In this document: one piece after another, positions 8,871 to 18,433 of the stretch
How the letters are laid out: every line of letters begins with the position of its first letter
Position numbering within the stretch: position 1 is the first letter of the stretch
NCBI GenBank assembly: GCA_017883205.1
Contig: JADGNZ010000033.1
Coordinates: 3,595-67,594, forward strand
Direction: 5' to 3'
Length of the DNA: 64,000 nt
Source: Thermoanaerobaculia bacterium
Lineage (GTDB): Bacteria > Acidobacteriota > Thermoanaerobaculia > Gp7-AA8
The notes under the pieces: generated by a model
Database searches by the model: none
Told to the model about the DNA's origin: nothing
What the model saw: only the letters and a program-made list of their open reading frames with translations
Translations under genes and position numbers: made by a program

Positions 8871-10232
8871 ATGTCCCTCATGACGATTCTCCTCAGCGTG
8901 GCCGCCCTCATCATTGGCGCGGTCGCAGGGTGGGTGGTGGCGAGCGCGAGGAAGAGCGGCGACGTCCAGCGCGCCGAGGCCGAGCGCGATCTCGCGCGGG
9001 CGGAGCGTGAGCGTAGCGAAACCGCCGTCATCGAAGCGCGCCGCTTTGCCGCCTCCGAATCCCACGCCCGCGCCGTTGCCGAGACCCAGGCCAGCTTCCT
9101 CGGCGACGCCCGCAAACAGATGGAAGAGGCCTTCGCCGCCACGGCGCAAAAAGCCCTCGCATCGATCAGCACCTCCTTCCTCGATCTGAACAAAGCGCAC
9201 ATGGACGGTTCGAAAGGCGAGATGGTCGCGTCGCTCGACACGAAGAAAGCCGAGATCGACACGATGCTGCAGCCGCTGCGCGACATGCTCGGCCGCTACG
9301 CCGGCGATCTGCAGAAGAGCGAGCACACGCGCAACGAGGCCTACGGCGGATTGCAGGAACAGATCCGCGCTCTTCTCAGCGCGCAGGAGGGTGCCCAGCG
9401 CGAGGCTTCGCGTCTTGCCAATGCGCTGGCATCGCCGACGGTTCGCGGTTCGTGGGGAGAGAACTCCCTGCGCCGCTGCATCGAGCTGGCAGGAATGAGC
9501 GAGCTGTGCGACTTCGACGTTCAGGAGACCTTCCTGACGGACGAGGGACGCCGCCTTCGTCCCGACGTCGTCGTCCATCTGCCCAACAAGAGGATCATCG
9601 CCATCGACGCGAAAGTGCCGCTCAGCGACTACAGCGTCGCCGCCAACGCCACCGAGGAAGCGCGCAAGCTCGAAGCGCTGACAGCTCACGCGCGTACGTT
9701 GCGCCGGCACATTGATGCTCTGAGCCGCAAGGACTACCAACTCAACATCGGCGACAGCCTCGACTTCACAGTGATGTTCCTGCCGGGCGAGCATTTCCTC
9801 TCCGCCGCGCTGGTCACCGATCCGATGCTCTTCGAGTACGCGGTCGAGAAGAAGATTTACCTTGCGTCACCAACAGTACTTCTGCCGCTGCTGCGCGCCG
9901 TGGCCGCCGGTTGGAAAGCGGAACGCACCGAGGAGAACGCCAAGAAGATGCACGACGCGGGCGTCGAGCTCTTCAACCGCTTCGTCAAAGTGATGGACCT
10001 GATCACCGATATCGGCTCGGCGCTGGCGAAAACGGTCGAGCAGTACAACAAAGCGATCCGCTCGATTGACACGCGCCTCTGGCCGAAAGGTCAGGAGCTG
10101 CAGCGCATGGCCGGCAGCGGCCAGGAGCTGGAAGCGCTGTCGCAAGTGGACACGCTGCCGTTGGAGTCCTCGAAACTGCGGCTGACGATGCAAGGGGAGG
10201 AACCTGCTGAGGTGGTGCCTTTCAGGGAGTAG
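8871..10232 (+). CDS. rmuC: DNA recombination protein RmuC
   Basis: N-terminal TM and coiled coil, then RGSWGE, LRPDVVVHLP, IAIDAKVPL, LDFTVMFLPGE, ASPTVLLPLLR. Confidence 0.92.
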   Translation: MSLMTILLSVAALIIGAVAGWVVASARKSGDVQRAEAERDLARAERERSETAVIEARRFAASESHARAVAETQASFLGDARKQMEEAFAATAQKALASISTSFLDLNKAHMDGSKGEMVASLDTKKAEIDTMLQPLRDMLGRYAGDLQKSEHTRNEAYGGLQEQIRALLSAQEGAQREASRLANALASPTVRGSWGENSLRRCIELAGMSELCDFDVQETFLTDEGRRLRPDVVVHLPNKRIIAIDAKVPLSDYSVAANATEEARKLEALTAHARTLRRHIDALSRKDYQLNIGDSLDFTVMFLPGEHFLSAALVTDPMLFEYAVEKKIYLASPTVLLPLLRAVAAGWKAERTEENAKKMHDAGVELFNRFVKVMDLITDIGSALAKTVEQYNKAIRSIDTRLWPKGQELQRMAGSGQELEALSQVDTLPLESSKLRLTMQGEEPAEVVPFRE

Positions 10233-10334
10233 GTTGTCGGGAGTCGGGGGTCGTAGAAGAACCGAGGCATTCTCGACTTCCGACTCCCGACAACCGCTTC
10301 CACCCCCCACTCCCCAAAACCCACACTCCACCTA

Positions 10335-10343
10335 TGCTATCCT
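10335..10343 (+). promoter_or_regulatory. Putative extended -10 promoter of the trp operon leader
   Basis: TGc-TATCCT, 9 nt before the leader ATG at 10353. Confidence 0.45.
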
Positions 10344-10352
10344 CCGCCCGCC

Positions 10353-10421
10353 ATGAACTTCCCCGCGCATGAGGTCAACGAGTCGACGAGCTGTCCGGTC
10401 GACTCGTGTCTTTGGCTCTGA
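10353..10421 (+). CDS. Putative trp operon leader peptide (22 aa, MNFPAHEVNESTSCPVDSCLWL)
   Basis: Hand translation; single Trp at the penultimate codon; overlaps a perfect 10-bp stem acgagtcgac/gtcgactcgt; 83 nt upstream of trpG. Confidence 0.45.
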   Translation: MNFPAHEVNESTSCPVDSCLWL

Positions 10422-10504
10422 CCCCCTCCCAACCCTGACCTCGCGGTGCCCTTGGCGTAGCTCCTGATTCCCGTCTGTCCACCCGCCGACGTTCAGGAGC
10501 TGCC

Positions 10505-11077
10505 ATGATCACTGTTGTCGATAACTACGATTCATTCACCTACAACCTGGTGCAGCAGATCGAGAAGATCTCTGCGTTCGAGTTGCAGGTCATCCGCAAC
10601 GACGCCTTCGATGTCGACGCTCTGCTCGACCAGGAGCCGGAGGCAATCGTGATCTCGCCCGGTCCCGGCACGCCGTCGCGTGCGGGCCGCATCCTCGATC
10701 TGATCCGCTCCAACGAGTCCATCCCGCTGCTCGGCATCTGCCTCGGGCATCAGGCGATCGGCGAAGCATTCGGAGGACGCATCGTGCGAGGGCGCGTGCC
10801 GGTTCACGGAAAGCTCAGCGACGTTCGCCACGAGGGACGCGGACTTTTCACCGGCTGTCCGACGCCGATGCAGACCGCGCGCTATCACTCGCTCGTCGTC
10901 GATCGCGAGTCGATGCCGGATGAATTACGCATCGACGCCGAGACCGACGATGGCGTGATCATGGCAATCGCCCACCGCGACCGGCCGATCTACGGCATCC
11001 AGTTTCATCCTGAATCGTATGGCACCGAGGGAGGGGATCGGCTGATTGCGAACTTCCTGTTGGAGGTGCGGCAATGA
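10505..11077 (+). CDS. trpG: Anthranilate synthase component II (glutamine amidotransferase)
   Basis: VDNYDSFTYNL, SPGPGTP, LGICLGHQ, RYHSL, GIQFHPES; first gene of the trp cluster. Confidence 0.9.
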   Translation: MITVVDNYDSFTYNLVQQIEKISAFELQVIRNDAFDVDALLDQEPEAIVISPGPGTPSRAGRILDLIRSNESIPLLGICLGHQAIGEAFGGRIVRGRVPVHGKLSDVRHEGRGLFTGCPTPMQTARYHSLVVDRESMPDELRIDAETDDGVIMAIAHRDRPIYGIQFHPESYGTEGGDRLIANFLLEVRQ

Positions 11078-12090
11078 TCGACACCGCCATCCGCAAAGTC
11101 GTCGACGGCAAGGACCTCGGGCGCGACGAAATGCACGAGGTCTTCGGCGAAGTCATGGACGGCCGCGCCACCGATGTGCAGAAAAGTGCGCTGCTGATCG
11201 CGCTCCGAATGAAGGGCGAGACCTCCGAGGAGATCACCGGCGCCGCTCTGGCCATGCGCGAGCGCGTGAGCCCGCTGACCGTTGACCGCGAACGGATCAT
11301 CGATACCTGCGGCACCGGCGGCGACGGACGAGGCACGTTCAATGTCTCGACGATCGCAGCGCTCGTTGCGGCCGGCGCCGGCGCCTCGGTGGCGAAGCAC
11401 GGCAACCGCGCGGTGTCGTCGTCGTGTGGCAGCGCCGACGTCCTGGCCGAGCTTGGCGTGGCTATCGACCTCGACGCCGCTCGGATGAGCGAAGTGCTAA
11501 GCCGCACGGGTATCTCGTTTCTCTTCGCGCCGAAGCTGCACCCGGCGATGGGCGCGGTGGCAGGCATCCGGCGCGAGCTCGGCGTCCGCACGATCTTCAA
11601 CGTCCTCGGGCCATTGACGAACCCCGCGTTCGCGCGGCGGCAGGTGCTCGGCGTCTATTCGCTCCATCTCGTCGAGATTCTCGGCCGCGTGTTGCTGGCC
11701 CTCGGCGCGGAGCACGCGTTGGTCGTTCACAGCGCAGACGGGCTCGATGAGATTTCGATCTCCGCGGCGACGTACGTCTGCGAAGTGCGCGATGGCGATG
11801 TGCGCGGATTCGAGCTGACACCGGAAGAGATCGGAGCGGGACGTCATGTGATGGCGGAAATCTCCGGAGGCGACGCGCGAGAGAACGCACGGATCGCCCG
11901 TGAGGTCCTCGGCGGCGCGGACGGAGCACGCCACGAGATCGTTGCCGCGAATGCCGGAGCGGCCTTGTATGTGTCGGGCGCGGCCCCGACGATTCGCGAG
12001 GGCGTAGCGATGGCACGCGAATCGATCAGCAGCGGTCAGGCGATGACGAAGTTGCAGGAGTTGGTGGCGGTGACGAATGAGCTGGCGTAG
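11074..12090 (+). CDS. trpD: Anthranilate phosphoribosyltransferase
   Basis: DTCGTGGDG, FNVST, KHGNRAVSSSCGSADVL, RTIFNVLGPLTNP, GLDEIS; ATGA overlap with trpG. Confidence 0.95.
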   Translation: MIDTAIRKVVDGKDLGRDEMHEVFGEVMDGRATDVQKSALLIALRMKGETSEEITGAALAMRERVSPLTVDRERIIDTCGTGGDGRGTFNVSTIAALVAAGAGASVAKHGNRAVSSSCGSADVLAELGVAIDLDAARMSEVLSRTGISFLFAPKLHPAMGAVAGIRRELGVRTIFNVLGPLTNPAFARRQVLGVYSLHLVEILGRVLLALGAEHALVVHSADGLDEISISAATYVCEVRDGDVRGFELTPEEIGAGRHVMAEISGGDARENARIAREVLGGADGARHEIVAANAGAALYVSGAAPTIREGVAMARESISSGQAMTKLQELVAVTNELA

Positions 12091-12147
12091 ATCGGACACT
12101 CAGACTCTTTCCGCACGTCTTTCCAATCGAGCCTATCGCACGACTCT

Positions 12148-12367
12148 CCAATCGAGCGCCTTCTCCCCCACGCTTTTTGTGGGGGAGAAGGTGGCGAAGC
12201 CGGATGAGGGGGTGTTGCAAGAGAACCGCGTCAGCGCGTGTGGCAGGTTTTTGACATGGCTCGAACGACGCGTGATTGATCGCGCTGCGCATTTGCTCCC
12301 CCCTCATCCGTCCTTCGGCCACCTTCTCCCCCCGCAAAAAGCGCGGGGGGAGAAGGCGCTCGATTGG
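12148..12367. mobile_element. About 220-bp REP-doublet / MITE-like element, copy 1
   Basis: About 65-bp terminal inverted arms (ccaatcgagcgccttctcccccac...gggggagaaggtggcgaagccggatgagggg and its reverse complement), each with an internal hairpin; sits between trpD and trpC. Confidence 0.8.
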
Positions 12368-12447
12368 AAAGAGCTTCAAGAAAGAGGAAGAGCTGAAGCA
12401 AGCGGTGCACGGAGAGTGTGCGAACTGCCGGGACGGCGGCGTTTCGT

Positions 12448-13221
12448 ATGACCATCCTCGACGAGATCGTCTCGCGCACGCGCGCGCGCCTCGGCGGCGA
12501 AGCGCCGCCTGACCGCGCGGCGGCGGAGCGTGCCGCGCGGAACAGGCGCTCGTTCGCGTTGACGGAGGCCTTGAAGCGCGAAAGCGTCAACGTCATTGCC
12601 GAGATCAAGTCAGCGTCGCCTTCGGCCGGACCGATTGTCGAGAATCCGGATGTCGAAGGTATCGCGGCGGCGTACAAAGAAGGCGGTGCCGCTGCCATCT
12701 CCATCGTTACAGAGCCTGACTTCTTTCGCGGTTCCCGAGGATGGATCGAGCGGGCGGCGCGATCAAGCGGCCTTCCCGTGCTGATGAAAGACTTCATCGT
12801 CGATGAGTCGCAGCTCATTCGTGGCGTTGCCGCCGGCGCGAGCGCGATTCTGCTGCTGGCGTCGCTGCTCGATGCAACCCAGATTCGCGACTTCATCGCC
12901 TGCCTCGACGAGTTTTCCTGCGATGCCCTCGTCGAGGTGCACGACGAGGCTGAGCTGGCGCGGGCGGTGGGTGGGGGGGCCCGCATCATCGGCGTCAACA
13001 ACCGCAATCTGCGCGACTTTAGCGTCGACCTCGGCGCGTCGGAACGGCTGGCGCGGCAGATGCCGGAAGGCGCGCTACGCGTCGCCGAGAGCGGGATCAA
13101 AACGCGCGCCGACGTCGACCGGCTCCGCGCCGCCGGCTTCGATGCCTTTCTCGTCGGCGAATCGCTGTTGCGGCAGAATGACCGCGCCGCAGCGGTGCGG
13201 CAACTGGTGATGGCGCCATGA
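12448..13221 (+). CDS. trpC: Indole-3-glycerol phosphate synthase
   Basis: VIAEIKSASPSAG, ISIVTEPDFFRGS, PVLMKDFI, LVEVHDE, IGVNNRNL, VAESGI, FLVGESL. Confidence 0.95.
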   Translation: MTILDEIVSRTRARLGGEAPPDRAAAERAARNRRSFALTEALKRESVNVIAEIKSASPSAGPIVENPDVEGIAAAYKEGGAAAISIVTEPDFFRGSRGWIERAARSSGLPVLMKDFIVDESQLIRGVAAGASAILLLASLLDATQIRDFIACLDEFSCDALVEVHDEAELARAVGGGARIIGVNNRNLRDFSVDLGASERLARQMPEGALRVAESGIKTRADVDRLRAAGFDAFLVGESLLRQNDRAAAVRQLVMAP

Positions 13222-13835
13222 CCAAAATCAAAATCTGCGGCATTACCAACGAAGATGACGCGCTCTTCTGCGCCGAATGCGGCGCCGACTTTCTCGGCTT
13301 CATTTTCGTTCCCGGTTCGCCGCGCTTCATCGAGCCGGAAAAGGCAGGCGCGATCGCGGCGCGGCTTCGCGAAAGCAGCAACTCATCGAAGATCGTCGGC
13401 GTGTTTCGCGATGCTTCCAACGACTACATCCGCGAGATCAAAGGAGTCGCTGGTCTCGATCTCGTTCAATTACACGGCAGCGAGATTGACGACGACATTC
13501 GCGAGCTCGGCATCCCCGCGATCAAGACGCTGCATGTCGCTGGCGCCCTTCCTGACACGCACGCCACGCCCACCGCGGCGTGGCTTCTCTTCGACACATA
13601 CGATGAACAGCGCGCTGGCGGCACCGGCCGCCGTTTTGACTGGTCGCTCATGGCGACGTATGAGCGATCCAAGCCTTTCTTTCTTTCCGGCGGACTCAAT
13701 CCCGACAACGTCGTCGCGGCGATCAGCATGGTGCGTCCCGACGCCATCGACATCGCCAGCGGCGTCGAAGCCAGGCCGGGCATCAAAGATCACGCCGCAG
13801 TGGCGCGTCTGTTCGAGCGCGTGAGGAGACCATGA
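13218..13835 (+). CDS. trpF: Phosphoribosylanthranilate isomerase
   Basis: [52 protein letters not shown]. Confidence 0.95.
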   Translation: MTKIKICGITNEDDALFCAECGADFLGFIFVPGSPRFIEPEKAGAIAARLRESSNSSKIVGVFRDASNDYIREIKGVAGLDLVQLHGSEIDDDIRELGIPAIKTLHVAGALPDTHATPTAAWLLFDTYDEQRAGGTGRRFDWSLMATYERSKPFFLSGGLNPDNVVAAISMVRPDAIDIASGVEARPGIKDHAAVARLFERVRRP

Positions 13836-15049
13836 CTCGATCCGAGACGCGCCCGCGCGCGGGTTCACTACCCGACCGCCGCGGCTACTTTGGCGAGTTC
13901 GGCGGCCGCTACGTGCCCGAGACACTGATGGCGGCGCTCGACGAATTCGAAGCTGCGTATCGCAACCTTCGCCGCGACCGCGCGTTCCAAAGTGAGCTCG
14001 ATGATGTGCTGCGCGACTTCGTCGGGCGGCCTACGGCGCTCACCGAAGCGAAGCGGTTTGCCGAAGCGTGCGGCGGGATGCGGCTGTTTCTGAAACGCGA
14101 GGATCTTAATCACACCGGCGCGCACAAGATCAACAACGCCATCGGCCAGGCGCTCATCGCCAAACGGATGGGCAAGCAACGCATCATCGCCGAGACCGGC
14201 GCCGGACAGCACGGTGTTGCCACCGCCACGGCCTGCGCGCTCCTCGGCCTCGACTGCGTCGTCTACATGGGCGAGGTTGACATGGCCCGCCAGGAGCTCA
14301 ACGTCTTCCGCATGCGCCTCCTCGGCGCCGAAGTCGTTCCCGTTTCCAGCGGCAGCCGCACGCTGAAGGACGCGATCAATGAAGCGATCCGCGACTGGGT
14401 GACGAATGTCCGCACGACGCACTACATCATCGGCTCGGTCCTCGGGCCGCATCCCTACCCGCTGGTCGTGCGCGATTTTCAATCCGTGATCGGGCGCGAG
14501 GCGCTTGGCCAACTGAAGAAACGAACCGGTGCGGTTCCGGACGTCGCCGTCGCTTGCGTCGGCGGCGGATCGAACGCCATCGGTCTCTTCTACGAGATGC
14601 TGCAACACGATTCGATTCGCTTCATCGGCGTTGAAGCGGGAGGGCGCGGTCCAGCCCTCGGCCAGCACGCCGCACGATTCAGCGGCGGTGCCCTCGGCGT
14701 CCTTCACGGCACGCGGTCGATGGTGTTGCAGGACGAGTTCGGACAGATCGCAGAGACGCATTCGATCTCCGCTGGCCTCGATTACCCCTCCATCGGTCCC
14801 GAGCACGCCTATCTGCAGCAGATCGGCCGCATCGAATACTACGATTGCAGCGATGACCTCGCCCTCGAGGCGTTTCACAAACTGAGCGAGCTCGAAGGCA
14901 TCATCCCCGCCCTCGAATCCTCCCACGCCCTCGGCTGGCTCCTGCGCAACGGCGCTTCGATCGGCCGCGAGAAAATCGTGGTCGTGAACCTCAGCGGACG
15001 CGGCGACAAAGATGTGCCGCAGATCGCCGCGCTGGAGATGACGCGATGA
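13832..15049 (+). CDS. trpB: Tryptophan synthase beta chain
   Basis: [61 protein letters not shown]. Confidence 0.97.
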   Translation: MTRSETRPRAGSLPDRRGYFGEFGGRYVPETLMAALDEFEAAYRNLRRDRAFQSELDDVLRDFVGRPTALTEAKRFAEACGGMRLFLKREDLNHTGAHKINNAIGQALIAKRMGKQRIIAETGAGQHGVATATACALLGLDCVVYMGEVDMARQELNVFRMRLLGAEVVPVSSGSRTLKDAINEAIRDWVTNVRTTHYIIGSVLGPHPYPLVVRDFQSVIGREALGQLKKRTGAVPDVAVACVGGGSNAIGLFYEMLQHDSIRFIGVEAGGRGPALGQHAARFSGGALGVLHGTRSMVLQDEFGQIAETHSISAGLDYPSIGPEHAYLQQIGRIEYYDCSDDLALEAFHKLSELEGIIPALESSHALGWLLRNGASIGREKIVVVNLSGRGDKDVPQIAALEMTR

Positions 15050-15144
15050 GCGGGAACGTGATGAGACGGAGCGCAATGAGAAGGAACCCTGCAAGCGCAA
15101 GCACGGCGCTGACGCTCACGGCTGTGCTGCTGGCGCAACCCCAA

Positions 15145-15369
15145 CAATCGAGCGCCCTTCTCCCCCGCGCTTTTCAGCGGGGGAGAAGGTGCCGAAGGCG
15201 GATGAGGGGGCTCTTCAGTAGACCCGGATGTGACACTACAAGCCCCTTTCGCTTGCCGGGAGCGAGCGCATCATCTAATGACAAGCGCCCCGCATTTGGA
15301 ACTACCCCCTCATCCGCCTTCGGCACCTTCTCCCCCACAAAAAGCGTGGGGGAGAAGGACGCTCGATTG
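15145..15369. mobile_element. About 220-bp REP-doublet / MITE-like element, copy 2
   Basis: Same inverted arms as copy 1 with a more divergent core; sits between trpB and trpA. Confidence 0.8.
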
Positions 15370-15431
15370 GGGAGTCTGTGGCAATTCAGCATTTCTCGCG
15401 CGAATGCGAAGCACCTTCTTGGGGTGGCCGC

Positions 15432-16241
15432 ATGAACCGAGTACGAAAACTCTTTACCCGTCTTCGTGCCGGACATCGCTGTGGATTGATCGCTTACGTC
15501 ACCTGCGGCGACGGTCCGACCGTCGAGATCGTTCACGCGCTGGAAGATGCGGGCGCGGATGCGATCGAGCTTGGTGTTCCCTTCTCTGATCCGATCGCCG
15601 ACGGCCCGGTCATCCAGATGGCCGCCCAGCGCGCGTTGAAGAACGGGACGAACATCGGCGACGTCTTCGCCATCGCGGACGAGGTCCGGACGCGCAGCGA
15701 TATTCCGTTGATTGCCTTCTCCTATCTGAATCCCGTTCTGCGATACGGCGTCGACAGATTCGCGGACGATGCCGCAACGGCCGGCATCGATTCGGTGCTT
15801 TTGACGGATCTGCCAACCGAAGCAGCGGCGGAGGTTAGACCGTCATTCAGAAAGCGCGGGTTGGGATCGATTTTCCTTCTCGCCCCGACTTCGAGCGACG
15901 CACGGATCGCGGCCGTGAATCGAGTCAGTGACGACTTCATCTACTACGTCTCGACGACGGGCGTCACCGGAACCCGCAACGAGCTCGATCCGACGCTTCT
16001 GACGCGTCTCGACGAGGTTCGTGCTCGCGTCACGAAGCCGCTTGCAGTCGGCTTTGGCATCTCGCAGCACGTTCATTACGAGTTGCTGCGCGATCACTGC
16101 GACGCCATCGTCGTCGGCAGCGCCATCGTACGCGCGGTTGCGAGCGGCGACGCTGCGGGAGCGCCGGGCCGCGCAGCCGCGGTCGTCAAAACGATTCTTG
16201 ACAGAGACGCGCCTGCGCCCTTACTCTCACCCGCCACATGA
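15432..16241 (+). CDS. trpA: Tryptophan synthase alpha chain
   Basis: IAYVTCGD, IELGVPFSDPIADGPVIQ, YLNP, FLLAPTS, YYVSTTGVTG, AVGFGIS, IVVGSAIV. Confidence 0.95.
   Translation: MNRVRKLFTRLRAGHRCGLIAYVTCGDGPTVEIVHALEDAGADAIELGVPFSDPIADGPVIQMAAQRALKNGTNIGDVFAIADEVRTRSDIPLIAFSYLNPVLRYGVDRFADDAATAGIDSVLLTDLPTEAAAEVRPSFRKRGLGSIFLLAPTSSDARIAAVNRVSDDFIYYVSTTGVTGTRNELDPTLLTRLDEVRARVTKPLAVGFGISQHVHYELLRDHCDAIVVGSAIVRAVASGDAAGAPGRAAAVVKTILDRDAPAPLLSPAT
16198..16227 (+). promoter_or_regulatory. Internal sigma70-type promoter inside the trpA 3' end
   Basis: TTGACA (16198-16203), 18-nt spacer, TACTCT (16222-16227), 10 nt before the leader ATG. Confidence 0.6.
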
Positions 16242-16288
16242 CCCGCACCGCCCAGCGTTTTGCGTATTACTACGGCTACTTTACGTAA
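16238..16288 (+). CDS. Tyr/Phe-rich attenuator leader peptide (MTRTAQRFAYYYGYFT)
   Basis: Hand translation: 4 Tyr + 2 Phe in the last 9 codons, directly upstream of chorismate mutase/aroF and a terminator. Confidence 0.85.
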   Translation: MTRTAQRFAYYYGYFT

Positions 16289-16343
16289 GCGTGGGGCATA
16301 TCGCGCCCCGCTACGGAGGGGTGCTGACCGCTGAGTCGATCCG

Positions 16344-16376
16344 AACCTCTTCCCGCGCGGCAAGAGGTTTTTTCTT
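16344..16376 (+). terminator. Attenuator terminator hairpin with U-tract
   Basis: aacctctt-cccgcgcggc-aagaggtt followed by ttttctt; the 3' arm contains the likely RBS (aagagg) of the next gene. Confidence 0.8.
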
Positions 16377-16670
16377 ATGGATCGAACGGACGCAGAACAA
16401 GAGCTCACCCGCCTTCGCGACGCCATCGACCGCGTCGACGAGGTCATCGTGCGCCTCCTCAATCAACGCGCGAAATACGCGATCGAGATCGGTGAGATCA
16501 AGGCCGTTCTCGATATGCCCATCTACGCCCCCGAGCGCGAGAAGCAGGTCCTCCTGCACGTCGAGCGCACCTCGGACGGCCCACTCGATCCAGCGACTGT
16601 GAGGCGTCTTTTTGAACGAATCATCGATGAATCGCGGCGCGTAGAGCGGCAGGCTACGAATCGCAGCTAG
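16377..16670 (+). CDS. Chorismate mutase (AroQ / type II)
   Basis: LTRLRDAIDRVDEVIVRLLNQRA...IGEIK...IYAPEREKQVL...LFERIIDESR. Confidence 0.9.
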   Translation: MDRTDAEQELTRLRDAIDRVDEVIVRLLNQRAKYAIEIGEIKAVLDMPIYAPEREKQVLLHVERTSDGPLDPATVRRLFERIIDESRRVERQATNRS

Positions 16671-16701
16671 ACATCAGGTAGACAGGGGCAGGGAGGATTT
16701 C

Positions 16702-17715
16702 ATGGTCATTGTGATGGAAAAACACGCGTCGGACACCGACATCGAGCACGTCGTTGCAGTGCTCAGCGAGCGCGGCTTCGACGTACATCGCTCCACCGGT
16801 GCGGACCAGACCGTCCTGGGCGTCGTCGGCGATGTTGCCAGCGTCGACCCGCGCGAGTTCGGGGTGCTGCACGGCGTTCAGGAAGCGGTCCGCGTCAGCG
16901 AGCCGTACAAGCTCTCCAGCCGCTCGTTCCGGCGCGAGAAAACGATCGTCAAGGCGCGCGGCGTCTCCATCGGCGGCAGCGACGTTGTGGTCATGGCTGG
17001 CCCATGTACGATCGAGAACGAACGGCAAATGTTCGAGACGGCGCGCCGCGTGGCCCGCGCCGGAGCGCGCGTACTGCGCGGCGGTGCGTACAAGCCGCGC
17101 ACTTCGCCGTACGCGTTTCAGGGAATGGGCATCGAAGGACTGAAACTTCTGCGCGCTGCCGGCGACGAGAACAACATGGCCACGATCTCCGAGGTCATGG
17201 AGATCAGCCAGATCGAAGCGATGCTCGATTATGTGGACATCCTGCAGGTCGGCGCGCGCAACATGCAGAACTACAACCTGTTGTCGGCCCTTGGCCAGAT
17301 CCGCAAGCCGGTGCTCCTCAAGCGCGGCATGTCCGCCACGATTCAGGAATGGCTGCTGGCGTCGGAGTACATCCTCTCCGGCGGCAACTACGACGTCATC
17401 CTCTGCGAGCGCGGCATCCGCACCTTCGAGACCTACACGCGCAACACCCTCGACATCTCAGCCATCCCGGTCATCAACAAACTCTCGCACCTGCCGATCA
17501 TCGCCGACCCCTCGCACGCCGTCGGCCGCCGCGACAAAGTGATGCCCCTGGCCCGCGCCATCGTCGCCGCCGGTGCGGACGGCGTCCTGATCGAGGTCCA
17601 TCACGAGCCAGAAAAAGCCGTCTGCGACGGCCCCCAATCGCTCTACCCCGACCAGTTCGCAAGACTGATGGACGAACTGCGGATCATCGTCCCGGCAGTG
17701 GGGCGGACATTGTGA
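16702..17715 (+). CDS. aroF: DAHP synthase (class I-beta, N-terminal regulatory domain)
   Basis: MAGPCTIE, LRGGAYKPRTSPYAFQG, QVGARNMQN, LLKRG, LCERGIRTFE, DPSHA, IEVH. Confidence 0.95.
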   Translation: MVIVMEKHASDTDIEHVVAVLSERGFDVHRSTGADQTVLGVVGDVASVDPREFGVLHGVQEAVRVSEPYKLSSRSFRREKTIVKARGVSIGGSDVVVMAGPCTIENERQMFETARRVARAGARVLRGGAYKPRTSPYAFQGMGIEGLKLLRAAGDENNMATISEVMEISQIEAMLDYVDILQVGARNMQNYNLLSALGQIRKPVLLKRGMSATIQEWLLASEYILSGGNYDVILCERGIRTFETYTRNTLDISAIPVINKLSHLPIIADPSHAVGRRDKVMPLARAIVAAGADGVLIEVHHEPEKAVCDGPQSLYPDQFARLMDELRIIVPAVGRTL

Positions 17716-17848
17716 TGGGGGAGTCAGCGTAGCGCGAGCGAACGTAGCGCCGGCGGCTCGCCGGCTGGTCCGCCGCCGGCCCGGCGGCATTGCCATTCAG
17801 CGGAGGTCGAAGGATCACAGCGCCGGCTGCGCCCGCAACCCAAAATGA

Positions 17849-17876
17849 CCCGGGCGCGCCTGCGAGCGCGCCCGGG
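17849..17876 (-). terminator. GC-rich hairpin downstream of cassette A gene
   Basis: 11-bp stem cccgggcgcgc/gcgcgcccggg, followed on - by tcatttt; stem nearly identical to 29089-29118. Confidence 0.65.
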
Positions 17877-17893
17877 CCACAGACTCCTCTACT

Positions 17894-18433
17894 CTACGCT
17901 TTCGGTGCCGTGGACGTGTCGTGGGTTGGTGGCGGCGTCGCTGGAGGGGCCTGCGTCGTCTTCTTGCGGCGCGCGGCGCCTTTCAGCCGTTTGACCTCCT
18001 CGACGTGCGGCACGAGCACCGCCCTTGCCGGGTCCTTGGCGAGCTGCGACCCGATCGTGTACGCCTGCATGGCGATGAGCCCGAGCCGTTGACGGCGAAT
18101 GAGGTTTGCGCCCTCGAGGCCATTCAGGAACGCGCGCGCCTCATCGACCGCGGCGTCCCAGCGGAGCGAGTCGTCCTGCAACTGACGGACTTCGTCGAGC
18201 GGCTGCCCGATCGCCTCCGATACGTTGTCGAGCACGCCGATGACGTTGATCGATGCCTCGACGATGGTCTTCGGCTGTCTCCGGAGACGCTTTTTGAGCA
18301 GCTTGCGCTGCTCCTTCGACAACGGCGCGAGGTCGTCGATCTGCGACCCGATGGCGCGCAACTGCGCGATGACCGCTTCGGGGGCCATCCTGGCCGGATC
18401 AGGGTTTGATGGAACAGGGGTGGTATTACTCAT
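17894..18433 (-). CDS. Hypothetical alpha-helical protein, cassette A (paralog of 28533-29057)
   Basis: RBS agggag upstream; shares PEA-x4-LRA-x3-QI, IN-x-IG, RW, ANL-x-RR-x-RLG, AY and L-x-PH with the paralog; basic then Pro-rich tail. Confidence 0.8.
   Translation of the reverse strand: MSNTTPVPSNPDPARMAPEAVIAQLRAIGSQIDDLAPLSKEQRKLLKKRLRRQPKTIVEASINVIGVLDNVSEAIGQPLDEVRQLQDDSLRWDAAVDEARAFLNGLEGANLIRRQRLGLIAMQAYTIGSQLAKDPARAVLVPHVEEVKRLKGAARRKKTTQAPPATPPPTHDTSTAPKA

Noticed and set aside
12026-12512. Short ORFs with PLIRPSATFSP-type peptides (also near 15046-15589, 40755-41236, 48529-48961)
   Set aside because: Translations of the 220-bp palindromic element, not independent genes.
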